NCBI GenBank assembly: GCA_049519415.1
Contig: JBEKQU010000001.1
Span: forward strand, 9,384 to 73,383
DNA length: 64,000 nt
Direction: 5' to 3'
Source: Spirochaetia bacterium
Lineage (GTDB): Bacteria; Spirochaetota; Spirochaetia; SZUA-6; Fen-1364
Shown here: positions 34,153-44,210 of the stretch, piece after piece
Layout: each line of letters starts with the position of its first letter
Numbering within the stretch: the first letter of the stretch is position 1
Made by a program: the position numbers and the translations under genes
The notes under the pieces: generated by a model
What the model saw: the letters and a program-made list of their open reading frames with translations, nothing else
Database searches by the model: none
Told to the model about the DNA's origin: nothing

Positions 34153-36537
34153 ATGGATTTCAACTACCAGTTCGACGAGTACAGCGAAAACTTTTTTGCC
34201 GGCAGGGACTACTGCCTCCTTGGCAATGGATTTCTGCAGGTGATCGCCCAGCTGAAGAATAATTTCGGAGCCAGCGGCAACGCCCTCCTTCTCAACATGA
34301 TCTCCTCGGACGAATACCGCTCCCGCAGGTTCTGGCTCCTTTCCCACCATGCGTTCAAGGAGCTTCCCTCCTGCGTCGCGATCCGCTCGGGAGAACGGCT
34401 GTACTGCGCGGACTCTCGGCAGATCGGCACACAATCTCTGAGCTACACGCTGTCCTTTGACACCGGCGTGCCGGCTCTGGTGGTCCGCTGGGATGCGCTG
34501 CATGAGCTGGACCGCGACGTGACGCCGCGGATCAACGATTCCCAGATCGAGGACGTGTCCCTTGCCCCGGGGAACATCGGTCTTGTGCCGGCAGGGGGAG
34601 CGCAGCGCCGGCCCCGGGCGTCCCTGCGGATCACCGAACGCATCTGGTGCCCGCTTGACGCTCCGGTCCTGGTGCGTGAAGTCACCATGGAGAACAGGGG
34701 AAAGGAAGACGCGTCGGACCTGGAAGTGTGGTTTTTCCTCGCGCCCAACAAGCTCTTCCTGCCGGAGGGGCGCATCATGGCGGGGAACGACTGCGTCGCG
34801 TGCGGCTATTGGGGCGGCGCTCGCCAATTCCTCGCCCTTGCCTCCGCGGAGGGGAAAGCCCGGCTGGTGCTTGCCGAATACCCGGGCGCCGTCGATGCCG
34901 TGCTCACGGGGCGGAACGCTGCGGCTGAAAAAATCGTCAATCCTTTCATGGGCGCGCACCTCGCGGCCGGGCTCCCGGTCGCCCCGCTCTCAAAAGGCGC
35001 CTCATGCACGGTGCGCTTCGTCCTTGCCTACGGCAAGACAGAGGAGGAGATGCTCGCGGCGCTTCGCGCGGTACGCGCGGCGGGCGTGGCGCACCTTGCC
35101 GCGTCGGACGCCGGCTCATGGGAGCGCCTGACGTCCGTGCGGACAGGGGATCCTGACGTCGATGAGCTGTACAGCGCAGCCAAGGCGGGGCTCCGTGCAT
35201 CGGTGAGCCGGCACGAGAAATCGGGGCGCATCAACTCGGGGATACTGCAGTACGATACGGAGTGGAGCCGCGATACCGATTTTATCGCTGCCGCTGCCGT
35301 CATGAACGGGCAGCACGATATCGCCCGCAGCATTATAGCGTACGCTCTGGAGAACCTGACCGACGAGCGCGGCTACTGCTCCTGCGGCGCGGCATGGGAA
35401 GGACGGGACCGCGATTATCAGATAGACACAAATGGCATCAGACTGTGGTCGCTCTGGCTCTATCTGGCCTGGACGGGGGATGAAACTCTCCTGCGCTCGC
35501 ATTGGAGCCGCATCCAGGCGCTCATCGGCGCCTTTTTCGACGCGAGCCGGTGGGTCGGCCGCGCGGGGATGATCGCCAGCAGCAGGGATTGCTGGGAGCG
35601 ATGGAAGAACTGCGGGCTGGAGCCCGGGTTCGAGCTGCACCACCAGCACTGGTCGGCCCTTGGATTGGAAAAGGCGTCGGAGATGGCCGCTCTGGTGGGC
35701 GACGCGGAGCTTGCGGACAGATGTCTGCGCAGGTCGCGCCAGATTTGGAGCGCCGTGCTGGACAGCCCGAAGTACGCTCTTGTCCAGGCAGGGCACTTCA
35801 TCAAGAGGCGTTCGCTGGACGGCACGGTCCCGCTGACGGCGAATGCCTACCGGGGAGCGCGGAAGGGATTCCTGGAACCAGACACAAGCGAGCTGCAGCC
35901 CATCCTCTCCGGGCTTGTAGAAGGGAGCAGCGCGCTCGCCCGGTCAACCCTCCAGCGGATGAAGCCGCTGTGGAACCAGGACGGCCTCTGGCGGTGCGGC
36001 GGGTACACGCGGTACAACATCACCTCCGATCCCGAGTTCTCCTCCGGTCCCTGGCCGGGCATCACCCTGATGGTGGCGCGCGCGGCGCTTGCCACGCGCC
36101 AGTGGAAAATCTATAAGCGCGCCATGAGCTGGGTGGCGGGAGTCGCGCGCCCGACGTGGACGCTCTTCGAGCACTTTGATTTCGCCGCCCCGGACAAGAC
36201 AAACCGCAGGTGGTATCGGGGGGGGATCATCCCGTGGCTTTCCTTTGCCGAACCTTCATTCCTGGTGGTGCATGAGCTTCTCGGCTTCCGCGCCTCGCTG
36301 CACAACGTGCGGATCAGCCCGAGCATGCCGCCCAATATGAAACGCCTGCAGGCGAGCGTCCCCTTCCGGGGACACCGGGTCCGGGTGGAGGTGATCAACA
36401 ACGGCGGCGCGTGCACGGGGGTTGCCGTGGACGGGAAGAGTTTCTCCGAGTTCGACGAACGGGGGGCGGCGTTTCGGCCTTTTACGCGCGACGTCGCCAT
36501 CCGCATGACGCTCGGAGCACGGCGTGCCCGCGGCTAA
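34153..36537 (+). CDS. Glycoside hydrolase with an (alpha/alpha)6-barrel catalytic domain, GH15-like (glucoamylase / glucodextranase / trehalase-related), plus an N-terminal beta-sandwich domain
   Basis: 794 aa. A central block YDTEWSRDTDFIAAAAVMNGQHDIARSIIAYALENL resembles the conserved W-x-RD region of GH15-clan enzymes. Bacterial glucoamylases have the same domain order and size. The family assignment is tentative. Confidence 0.5.
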   Translation: MDFNYQFDEYSENFFAGRDYCLLGNGFLQVIAQLKNNFGASGNALLLNMISSDEYRSRRFWLLSHHAFKELPSCVAIRSGERLYCADSRQIGTQSLSYTLSFDTGVPALVVRWDALHELDRDVTPRINDSQIEDVSLAPGNIGLVPAGGAQRRPRASLRITERIWCPLDAPVLVREVTMENRGKEDASDLEVWFFLAPNKLFLPEGRIMAGNDCVACGYWGGARQFLALASAEGKARLVLAEYPGAVDAVLTGRNAAAEKIVNPFMGAHLAAGLPVAPLSKGASCTVRFVLAYGKTEEEMLAALRAVRAAGVAHLAASDAGSWERLTSVRTGDPDVDELYSAAKAGLRASVSRHEKSGRINSGILQYDTEWSRDTDFIAAAAVMNGQHDIARSIIAYALENLTDERGYCSCGAAWEGRDRDYQIDTNGIRLWSLWLYLAWTGDETLLRSHWSRIQALIGAFFDASRWVGRAGMIASSRDCWERWKNCGLEPGFELHHQHWSALGLEKASEMAALVGDAELADRCLRRSRQIWSAVLDSPKYALVQAGHFIKRRSLDGTVPLTANAYRGARKGFLEPDTSELQPILSGLVEGSSALARSTLQRMKPLWNQDGLWRCGGYTRYNITSDPEFSSGPWPGITLMVARAALATRQWKIYKRAMSWVAGVARPTWTLFEHFDFAAPDKTNRRWYRGGIIPWLSFAEPSFLVVHELLGFRASLHNVRISPSMPPNMKRLQASVPFRGHRVRVEVINNGGACTGVAVDGKSFSEFDERGAAFRPFTRDVAIRMTLGARRARG

Positions 36538-37783
36538 GCCGCCCGGGGACCCGGCTTCGCGCCGCGGCGCGCGGCGGGGGGGTCTCCGCAGGCGCAGCGA
36601 GTTCTTCAGCGACAGAAACACCCTCGCGGTGCTGAATGTTCTGCGCCAGGAGCACAGCATCTCTCGCGCCGACATCGCCCGCATGACCGGGCTCACGCCG
36701 GCAACCGTCTCCTCCCTTGTGACCCGTCTGCAGTCATCCTCAATCGTCAGAATCACCGGGTTCGGAGAATCCCGCGGGGGCCGGCGGCCCCGGCTTGTCG
36801 AGTTCTTCCCTGATGCCTTCTACCTCGCGGGGGTCGACATCGGAATCGAAAAGGCCATCGCGCTGGTCACGGACCTGCACGGCCGGATCCGGTCCCGGGC
36901 GCGCATCACCTTGGTGCCGTCAGAGGGAAGGGAGAAGACGCTCCGAAACGTCATGAGCATGACGCGATCGGTGCTGGAACAGCTCGGGAGCGGCCGGAAG
37001 AAGGTGCGGGGCATCGGCGTGAGCTTTCCCGGTCTCATTGATGCCGATCGCGGCATCGCGCTGCAATTGCCGGCCCTTCCCGGCTGGCGCGAAACGCCGC
37101 TGGTGGCGGCTTTCCGGGACGAGTTCGGGCTTCCCTGCTGCTTGGAGAATGACGCCAAGGCGATGGCGCTGGGAGAAGCGTGGCTGGGGGCGGGCCGCGG
37201 CTGCAAGAATATATTCGCCACGATCATCGGAAGAGGCATAGGCGGCGGGATCGTCCTGAACGGGGAGCTGTACCGCGGCCAGTATTCCACCTCGGGGGAG
37301 ATCGGCCATGTGACCATAAATCCCGATGGCCCCCGGTGCAGCTGCGGAAACCGCGGCTGCCTGGAGGCAATGGCAAGCGGCAAAGCTCTCGCCGCCGCCG
37401 CGATTCGAGCCGCGCGCAAGGGAGGCGCCGCCCGAATCGTGCGGGAGGCGAAGGGGAATATCGAACACATCACGGCGGAGAATGTCGCGGCGGCGGCCCG
37501 CGACGGCGACGCGCTGGCGCTGAGGCTGGTGAACGAATCTGCCCGGTACATCGGCATTGGCCTCGCCGCGGTTGTCAATCTCCTGAGCCCAGAAATGATC
37601 ATCATCGGGGGGGGACTTTCCCGGATGGGAGATTTCTACCTCCGCACGATCAAGGAGACAATCGCCGCGCGCGCCTTCGCCCACGGCCTGACCATGCCCC
37701 GCATCGCGCTGTCTACCCTCGGCGAGAACGCGAGCTGCCTTGGCGCGGCGGCGCTCGTCTTGAAGGAAGCGCTCAGCGCATAG
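36524..37783 (+). CDS. ROK-family transcriptional regulator (NagC/XylR-like: winged-HTH plus ROK sugar-kinase-like domain)
   Basis: N-terminal HTH (LNVLRQEHSISRADIARMTGLTPATVSSLVTRL) and the ROK zinc motif (GHVTINPDGPRCSCGNRGCLE); 419 aa. Confidence 0.75.
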   Translation: MPAAKPPGDPASRRGARRGGLRRRSEFFSDRNTLAVLNVLRQEHSISRADIARMTGLTPATVSSLVTRLQSSSIVRITGFGESRGGRRPRLVEFFPDAFYLAGVDIGIEKAIALVTDLHGRIRSRARITLVPSEGREKTLRNVMSMTRSVLEQLGSGRKKVRGIGVSFPGLIDADRGIALQLPALPGWRETPLVAAFRDEFGLPCCLENDAKAMALGEAWLGAGRGCKNIFATIIGRGIGGGIVLNGELYRGQYSTSGEIGHVTINPDGPRCSCGNRGCLEAMASGKALAAAAIRAARKGGAARIVREAKGNIEHITAENVAAAARDGDALALRLVNESARYIGIGLAAVVNLLSPEMIIIGGGLSRMGDFYLRTIKETIAARAFAHGLTMPRIALSTLGENASCLGAAALVLKEALSA

Positions 37784-37795
37784 CGGGATCCGGGA

Positions 37796-38665
37796 TCAGC
37801 CCTTCACGGCTCCGGCGGTGAGCCCGGTGACAAGGGCCTTCTCCAGCAGGAAAAAGAAAACAAGGGGCGGAAGCGCAAAAAGGATCGCGCTGGAACTGAG
37901 CATGTTCCAATACGTGATGTATTGCCCGACGAGGAGCCACATCCCGACAGGCAGCGTACGTACTCTCTCAGAATTGGTCATCACCAGAGCGAACAGGAAC
38001 TCGTTCCATCCCCCGAGGAATGCAAACACGAATGTCGCCGCAAGCCCGGGGATCGTCAAAGGGATTATCATCCGAAAAAGGATCCCCATTTTCGAGCAGC
38101 CGTCAATGTATGCCGCCTCGTCGATTTCCTTCGGGATCATCCGGAAATAGCCGTAGAGCATCCAGCACGCGAAAGGGATGAAAAAGGCCGTGTAGACGAA
38201 GATCAGGCCCTGCAGCGTGTTGTAGATGTGCAGCCGGACGACCGTCTGTGTCACGGGGATAAGGATGGAAGCGCCGGGGAACATCTGGCTGAGAAGAAAC
38301 ACGGAAAGCAGAACCTTCACGCCCTTAAACCTGAATCGGGCCATGCCGTACGCCGCGAGGCTGCTCACCAGGAGAGCCAGGAACGCAGAGCCCAGCGCAA
38401 CCACGGTGCTGTTGCGCGTGTAGGTGAGGAAGGGGGCCTTCTGCCACAGGTCGATGTACGGTTTCACCGTTGGGTGCAGGGGCAAGAGCCGAGGAGGAAA
38501 AGCCACCACCTCGGGGTCGGGCTTGATGGATGTCAACGCCACCCAGACCAGGGGGATCAGGGCGATGACCACAAAGGCCACCAGCAGCACGTGGACCACG
38601 ACGGCATTCGCCGCTTTCCTGCTGAGCATCACGCCCACCATGTCAGTCGACATCCCTTTGGGCAA
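37796..38665 (-). CDS. Carbohydrate ABC transporter permease (MalG-type)
   Basis: Six TM helices and the EAA-loop region (EAAYIDGCSKMGILFRMIIP); 289 aa. Confidence 0.8.
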   Translation of the reverse strand: MPKGMSTDMVGVMLSRKAANAVVVHVLLVAFVVIALIPLVWVALTSIKPDPEVVAFPPRLLPLHPTVKPYIDLWQKAPFLTYTRNSTVVALGSAFLALLVSSLAAYGMARFRFKGVKVLLSVFLLSQMFPGASILIPVTQTVVRLHIYNTLQGLIFVYTAFFIPFACWMLYGYFRMIPKEIDEAAYIDGCSKMGILFRMIIPLTIPGLAATFVFAFLGGWNEFLFALVMTNSERVRTLPVGMWLLVGQYITYWNMLSSSAILFALPPLVFFFLLEKALVTGLTAGAVKG

Positions 38666-39563
38666 ACTGCAGGTAGATGATGCTCAGCACGAGCAGGACC
38701 ATCGAAAGCGTGAGCGCCAAAGCCGACGCGGTGCCCATTCGAAGATTGGCGAACGCGACCCTGTTGATCCGGACGGGCAGAACCATGGTAGCGCTCAGGG
38801 GTCCCCCCCCTGTCATGATCTGGATAAGCCCGAAGTCGTTGAAAGTCCAGATGAAGCTGAGCAGGAGGATGACCACGAGCACGCTTCTCAACTGCGGTAC
38901 CGTGACGTAGCGGAACTTCTGCGCCGCCGACGCGCCGTCGATCTGCGCCGCTTCGAGGAGCTCCTGCGACACGCGTTGAAGGCCGGCCAAGATCATGATC
39001 ATGGCGAAGGGAAAGGAGCGCCATGTGCCGGCAAGGATAACCGAAATTAACGCCCGCCCAGGGTCTCCGAGCCAGATAACGGGGTCCTTGATGATGCCGA
39101 GGCCGAGCAGGACGGCGTTGAGATACCCTAGCTTGTCGTTCAGCAGCCATCGCCACGTGAAGCCTGCGATAACGGGAGAGATCACCCAGGGAAGAACAAT
39201 GAGCACGCGGTAGAAAGTCTGCGTGCGAACGAGCTGGTTGAGCAGTAATGCGCAGGTGAACCCGAGGATGAATGAAAGCACGACAACGCCGACGGTGTAG
39301 CGGAAGGAATTGGACACGCTCTGCTGCAGGAGTCCATCGTTCCACGCACCGATATAATTGGCGATCCCGACGAACTTCACTTCCTGCACCTGTTGAATGG
39401 CGCGGTAGTCGGTCTGCAGGCTGTTGATCACGTTGCTGATGAGGGGATAGATGACGATCATAGCGGTAAGAATGATCGCGGGGAGGATCAGGAGATAAGG
39501 AAGGAGGCCCACCCGGAGCCGGGCGAGCCTCCCTGCTCTGCTTCTTGTGCGAACAACGTTCAA
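38643..39563 (-). CDS. Carbohydrate ABC transporter permease (MalF-type)
   Basis: EAA loop (EAAQIDGASAAQKFRYVTVP); 306 aa. It overlaps the downstream permease gene. Confidence 0.8.
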   Translation of the reverse strand: MNVVRTRSRAGRLARLRVGLLPYLLILPAIILTAMIVIYPLISNVINSLQTDYRAIQQVQEVKFVGIANYIGAWNDGLLQQSVSNSFRYTVGVVVLSFILGFTCALLLNQLVRTQTFYRVLIVLPWVISPVIAGFTWRWLLNDKLGYLNAVLLGLGIIKDPVIWLGDPGRALISVILAGTWRSFPFAMIMILAGLQRVSQELLEAAQIDGASAAQKFRYVTVPQLRSVLVVILLLSFIWTFNDFGLIQIMTGGGPLSATMVLPVRINRVAFANLRMGTASALALTLSMVLLVLSIIYLQFAQRDVD

Positions 39564-39574
39564 AGGGCGATCCG

Positions 39575-40861
39575 CTATTTCCTCGCCAGGATCGCTGTCA
39601 CCTTGGATTGAATATCGTTGATAGCCGCATCAACAGTCATGTCGCCCTTGATGGCCTTCAACAAGTCTGTGGCATAGACGTCGCGCGTGATCTCGGGCAA
39701 GGCGGGGTGATACGGCCAGGGTCTGCTGTTCGGGCCCATCGCCGTGTAGGCGTCATAGCCTTCGTATTGTTTCCAGGCCGGCAGGGCGTAGGTGGCCTTG
39801 CAGACAGGCATTCCGCCGCCCGCCGGGGTCGTGTTGACGACATCATAGTCCGGCCCGGTCTTGAACTTGATGAAAGTCCACGCCTCGTTCTTGTGCGTGC
39901 TGGACTTCATGATCGAGATGGCAGAGCCGTCGCTGAGTGTTCCCGGAGTCCCCGCCCCCGTCACCTTGGGTGCCTTGGGGATCTGCTCAACCCAGACGTC
40001 GACCCCGGGATGCTGCGATCGTATGACGGCGGGGAATCCCGGCCATTCGATGTCCATAGCGACAGTGCCGGCCGCCCACTTGTTCCACAGGTCGCCGCTG
40101 GTATCCGTAAGGTAGCCCGGCTCGATGCTCTTGTCCACCTGGTTCATGTCGACTTCCATCTGCATGACGTCTCTCCACGGCTGCGTGTTGAAAAGCGACT
40201 GGGACATATCGTCATTGAACGCCTGCCCCCCCTCCATGAAGACAAGGGGCGCGGCGCGGTACGCCGTGCCGCCGAGATCGCCTCCCATCATGGCATAGCC
40301 ATACTGAACGACTTTGCCCGAGCTGTCCTTCAACGTCAGTTTTTTGGAAATGGCGCGCCAATCGTTGAAGGTCCAGGTGCTGTCATTCGGCTTGGCAACG
40401 CCCGCCGCCTTGAAGACTGCCGGGTTGGAGACGACCGGAAAGAGGATGGGAGTGTCGGGCAGGCCCCAGTAGTGGCCAGCATACTTCAGGGCATTAATGT
40501 ACCCATCGACGTAGAGGTTTTTGACCGACGCGAAGTCAGGGAAGTTGTCCAGGGGCTCGATGTAGCCGCCCTTGGCTCCGAACGCGTTGATCATCGGTGC
40601 CTGTATCCGCGCCACGTCGGGCAGGCTGTTGGACATGGCCGCGGTCTGGAAGTGCTGAAAGATCGTGTTCCAATCCTGGTCGGTGATGACGACCTGGATG
40701 TTCGGGTACTGCTGGTTGAACTTGGCGACCCAGTCATGGTTGATTTTTATGTTCTCCGGCGCGCCGCCGTAGAGCCAGAACTGGATCGTCACCTTGGCCG
40801 CCGCAGTCCCGATGACCGCGACGGAGACGATCAGAAGAGCGATCAAGAGAAGCTTCTTCAT
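39575..40861 (-). CDS. Extracellular solute-binding protein of a carbohydrate ABC transporter
   Basis: Start at MKKLLLIALLIVSVAVIGTAAA (signal peptide), followed by a family-1 solute-binding-protein fold; 428 aa. Confidence 0.75.
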   Translation of the reverse strand: MKKLLLIALLIVSVAVIGTAAAKVTIQFWLYGGAPENIKINHDWVAKFNQQYPNIQVVITDQDWNTIFQHFQTAAMSNSLPDVARIQAPMINAFGAKGGYIEPLDNFPDFASVKNLYVDGYINALKYAGHYWGLPDTPILFPVVSNPAVFKAAGVAKPNDSTWTFNDWRAISKKLTLKDSSGKVVQYGYAMMGGDLGGTAYRAAPLVFMEGGQAFNDDMSQSLFNTQPWRDVMQMEVDMNQVDKSIEPGYLTDTSGDLWNKWAAGTVAMDIEWPGFPAVIRSQHPGVDVWVEQIPKAPKVTGAGTPGTLSDGSAISIMKSSTHKNEAWTFIKFKTGPDYDVVNTTPAGGGMPVCKATYALPAWKQYEGYDAYTAMGPNSRPWPYHPALPEITRDVYATDLLKAIKGDMTVDAAINDIQSKVTAILARK

Positions 40862-41026
40862 TCGTAGCCTCCTCACTCTGCACATCGAAGACGTCAATTC
40901 AAACGAACGCCGCTCTACCCTCCTTTCCTCCGGGCGTTAGATTCTTTAGAATTAAAAAAAGTAAAGCAGAAAATTCTCTTGTTGTCAATGTCCCGACGGC
41001 CGTTCCCTCTTGTCATCCCGGCCTCA

Positions 41027-42373
41027 CTATTCCCCGGAACGGCGGGCTCCGTATGACCGCGCCCGAGCAAGAAGCACGATGCTCATCAGCACAAGCGGCA
41101 GGATCGCGAAAACGACCAGCAGGGCGGCCGCCCGCAGCGGCGCCACCAGCCGGATCTGCCGGTCGCTTCCCTGCAGCGCCCTGCCATTTTCATCGAGCGT
41201 CCTCAGCCGAACCACCCGCGCGTTTTTCTCCAGCGGCACGCGAAGCGCGATGAGATTCGGCCCCTGGTCCTTGTAGGGTCCCGCGGGGTCCCAGGGAATG
41301 ATCGTGTACCCGAGGCTGGATCCCGGCGACTGCTCCACGTAGTAGGGCTGCTCGGACAGGGTTGTCTGAGCGCCTCCGGGGCCCGCGGTCACCACGGTTG
41401 CGTGCGGCACCTGCTGGATGCGCACCCATTTCTGAATGGTCGGGTTTCCGCGCGCCTGGTTGTTCACTGTCTTCTCATAAGACAGGTCATTGAACTCGTC
41501 TTCGAAGAAGGGCCGCACGTAGAGGTCGGCCGTTCCGTTCACGTAAATCACGGAAGAGGGCGTCACGGAATTAACCGGCCGTGTCCATTTGTCGCTCGGG
41601 ATGATTTCAAAGCCGATGCCGTTGGTGCGCCGACGGCTGTCCACGACCAGTTCCTTCTCGGAGCCTTCCATGAGCGTCCCGTCGGGGTTGCGCAGGAGAA
41701 TCGAATAGCGGCCGGCCGGCAGGTTGACGATAAACCCCTGCTGGAGGTCCGACGGCGGCACCACGTAGTCGGCGGGCGGAACAGGGGCAACGGGTCGGTT
41801 CAGGGACTGCATGCGATGCAGGGGAGCGGAGAAGTCCTTGCCGGCATCCTTCAGCGACTGGACGGCGTTCACAAGCCGCTGGACCTCGGCGTCAAAGGCG
41901 GCCGTGTCCGCCTGGTACTTCTCCGTATCGGTGAAATACTGGTTGTACAATGCTTTGTACTTCTGGATTTCTGCGCGGGCGGCTTCAGCGGTGAGTATTT
42001 TCCAGTTTTTCTCGTACTCGCCCTTGATGTTGAAGTACGTGTACTCTTCCAGGGGATACGAGCGCAGGTTTCCCCGGCCGTCGCGCACCTCCAGGGTGCC
42101 GGGAAACAGGATATTGAGGGACTCGGTGTCCGGCTTCCACTCCTCCGTGATCGGCCACCAGTAGAGCAAAGTCTTGCGGGCGCTCAGGATGTTGTCCTGG
42201 CCCGCGATCAGGTAGATCGTGGATGAGGAATCGGGAACAAATGTCGCCGTATAGTCGCCGACGGTGGACGCGATGACCGACCAGATCAGCTGCTCGTTGC
42301 GGATGGGCACCTCCGCAATGGCCAGGGCAGCGGATGCCGCCAGGAAAAGAAAAACAAGGATCGCCCGTTTCAT
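41027..42373 (-). CDS. Secreted protein with a C-terminal membrane anchor. Possibly a GldG-like auxiliary component of the adjacent ABC-2 transporter.
   Basis: Start at MKRAILVFLFLAASAALA (signal peptide). The C-terminal hydrophobic helix is LLVVFAILPLVLMSIVLL. It overlaps the ABC-2 permease gene by 4 nt. The family assignment is inferred from architecture and context only. Confidence 0.45.
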   Translation of the reverse strand: MKRAILVFLFLAASAALAIAEVPIRNEQLIWSVIASTVGDYTATFVPDSSSTIYLIAGQDNILSARKTLLYWWPITEEWKPDTESLNILFPGTLEVRDGRGNLRSYPLEEYTYFNIKGEYEKNWKILTAEAARAEIQKYKALYNQYFTDTEKYQADTAAFDAEVQRLVNAVQSLKDAGKDFSAPLHRMQSLNRPVAPVPPADYVVPPSDLQQGFIVNLPAGRYSILLRNPDGTLMEGSEKELVVDSRRRTNGIGFEIIPSDKWTRPVNSVTPSSVIYVNGTADLYVRPFFEDEFNDLSYEKTVNNQARGNPTIQKWVRIQQVPHATVVTAGPGGAQTTLSEQPYYVEQSPGSSLGYTIIPWDPAGPYKDQGPNLIALRVPLEKNARVVRLRTLDENGRALQGSDRQIRLVAPLRAAALLVVFAILPLVLMSIVLLARARSYGARRSGE

Positions 42374-43239
42374 GCCCGCACTCCCCGCCGGGAAAGGACG
42401 CCGTGGCTTGCCGCCAAGAGCACGGCCGTCAACACCGGAAGCAGGACCATGCCGCCGAGGAAGCCCGCCAGGCTCCCGGCCTGCGTTGCGCGCACGGAGA
42501 GGGAGGCGTAATAAAAGGGAGAGAACCACTGTACGATCGCGGCGGCAATGGATGCAAGAGACCGAATGGAGTCACTCATGATGGAAAGCGTCCCCGCGAG
42601 CACCGCCGCAAAGACCACCATGATGCCCAGAAAGGCGGCCAGCGCGGAGGAGGCGTTGGCGGCAAGGACGGAGCACAGCACGCCGTAGGCGAACACCGCC
42701 AACGACAGAAAGAACAGCACCGGCAGGCACTCGAGAAAGAGCGGGCCCGGCACGAGATTTCCAAGGAGCGCCCCGACGCAAAAGAAGAGCGCAAGGAGCG
42801 CAAGAGAGGCGGCAGAGAAAAGGGCGTCCTTCAGGAAGGATGCCACGAAATACGAGGTGCCGTCGGCGGGGCCGTAGGTCAGAAGCTCGATTGCGCCCGC
42901 GTTTTTCTCGTGGCCGAAACGGAAAACCGAGCTGATTGCCAGGAAGAGGAACACGGGAAGGAAGGCGCAGAACAGGGCGAAGACGAACGGACCCTCGGCA
43001 AACAGCTTCTCGACGAACGCCGCCCCGAACAGGCTGCTTGCCACCCGGCTGATCACGTCATACAGCGGGCTGAGCTGCGCGTTGAACCCGGAAGAGTCGA
43101 TCGAACGTGTGAAGCCTGCCACCAGGAAAAAGCCGATAAGCATGCCCGCGCTCAGCGTGGCATACAGGCCGGGCGCAAGAAACGTCTCGAATGCCTGCCT
43201 GCGCGCCATGACGATTGCCGCGTGCATCCTTTCTCTCAT
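42370..43239 (-). CDS. ABC-2 family transporter permease
   Basis: Six hydrophobic segments typical of ABC-2 exporters; 289 aa. It overlaps the ATPase gene by 4 nt. Confidence 0.65.
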   Translation of the reverse strand: MRERMHAAIVMARRQAFETFLAPGLYATLSAGMLIGFFLVAGFTRSIDSSGFNAQLSPLYDVISRVASSLFGAAFVEKLFAEGPFVFALFCAFLPVFLFLAISSVFRFGHEKNAGAIELLTYGPADGTSYFVASFLKDALFSAASLALLALFFCVGALLGNLVPGPLFLECLPVLFFLSLAVFAYGVLCSVLAANASSALAAFLGIMVVFAAVLAGTLSIMSDSIRSLASIAAAIVQWFSPFYYASLSVRATQAGSLAGFLGGMVLLPVLTAVLLAASHGVLSRRGVRA

Positions 43240-44210
43240 GCGCGGCTCCTCCCGGCAAGCGCCTGAATGTTGTCCTGCGTGATGGTGATGAAGGCCTCCT
43301 CCAGAGACGAGGCCTTCTCCGCGATGCTGAGGGGCACGAGCCCGAGGCTGAAAAAGCGCTCCGAGAGCTCCTTGCGGTAATCCCCTTCCTTGGCCACCTT
43401 CACAATAATCGTGCCGCCCTGGACCGAGCAGCCATGCACGAACGGCAGCTCCCTGATCCGGGCAGGCAGATCCGGAGGCGCCTTGTCCAGCTCCACGTGG
43501 ATTTCCCTCTCCACGGTGACCCGGGAGAGAAGATCGTGCATGGTTGCCTCCACCAGGAGCTCCCCGCCAAAGATGATGGCGACCCTGTCGCAGATCTTCT
43601 CCATTTCCGATAGCTGGTGGCTGGAGATGAAAATGGTGCGGCCGTCGCGATTCTCCGACACCACCAGATCGCGCACCTGCTTGATGCCGATGGGATCCAG
43701 GCCCGCGATCGGCTCGTCCAGGAAGAGGATGTCGGGATCATGCAGGAGCGCGCGGATGATGCTGAGCTTCTGTGTCATGCCGTGGGAAAACTCGCGGATG
43801 CGTTTGGACTTGAAGCGCGCCAGGTCCACCTTTTCAAGAAGGACGTCGATGCGCTCCCGGGCGTGCGGCACCGAGAAAAGGTCTGCGAACAGGGAAAGGT
43901 ACTCGCCGGCGGTCATCCAGGTCCAAACGCCGACAGGGTGCTTCTCCGGCACCACGCCGATCCTGCGGCGCAAGTCGAGCCGGCCCGGGGTGGAGAGCTC
44001 CCCGAACAGCCGGATCTCTCCGGCAGTCGGACGGGAGACGCCGAGAAGCATCATGATGGTTGAAGTCTTCCCCGCTCCGTTGGGCCCAAGGAACCCATAG
44101 ATCTGGCCGCGCGGGATATTCAGGTTGATCCCGTTCACCGCGGTGAACGAGCCATAGCGCTTGATAAGCCCTGATGTGCGGATCATTCCTGCCCTCCCTT
44201 GAGGTTCCAC
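43236..44210 (-). CDS. ABC transporter ATP-binding protein (ABC-2 / export type)
   Basis: Walker A GPNGAGKTS, signature FSHGMTQKLS, Walker B LFLDEPIAGLD; 324 aa. Confidence 0.8.
   Translation of the reverse strand: MEPQGRAGMIRTSGLIKRYGSFTAVNGINLNIPRGQIYGFLGPNGAGKTSTIMMLLGVSRPTAGEIRLFGELSTPGRLDLRRRIGVVPEKHPVGVWTWMTAGEYLSLFADLFSVPHARERIDVLLEKVDLARFKSKRIREFSHGMTQKLSIIRALLHDPDILFLDEPIAGLDPIGIKQVRDLVVSENRDGRTIFISSHQLSEMEKICDRVAIIFGGELLVEATMHDLLSRVTVEREIHVELDKAPPDLPARIRELPFVHGCSVQGGTIIVKVAKEGDYRKELSERFFSLGLVPLSIAEKASSLEEAFITITQDNIQALAGRSRA

Noticed and set aside
34033-34959. 308-aa ORF antisense to the GH15-like gene
   Set aside because: It is Arg/Pro-rich with no motifs and is an artefact of GC-rich antisense sequence.
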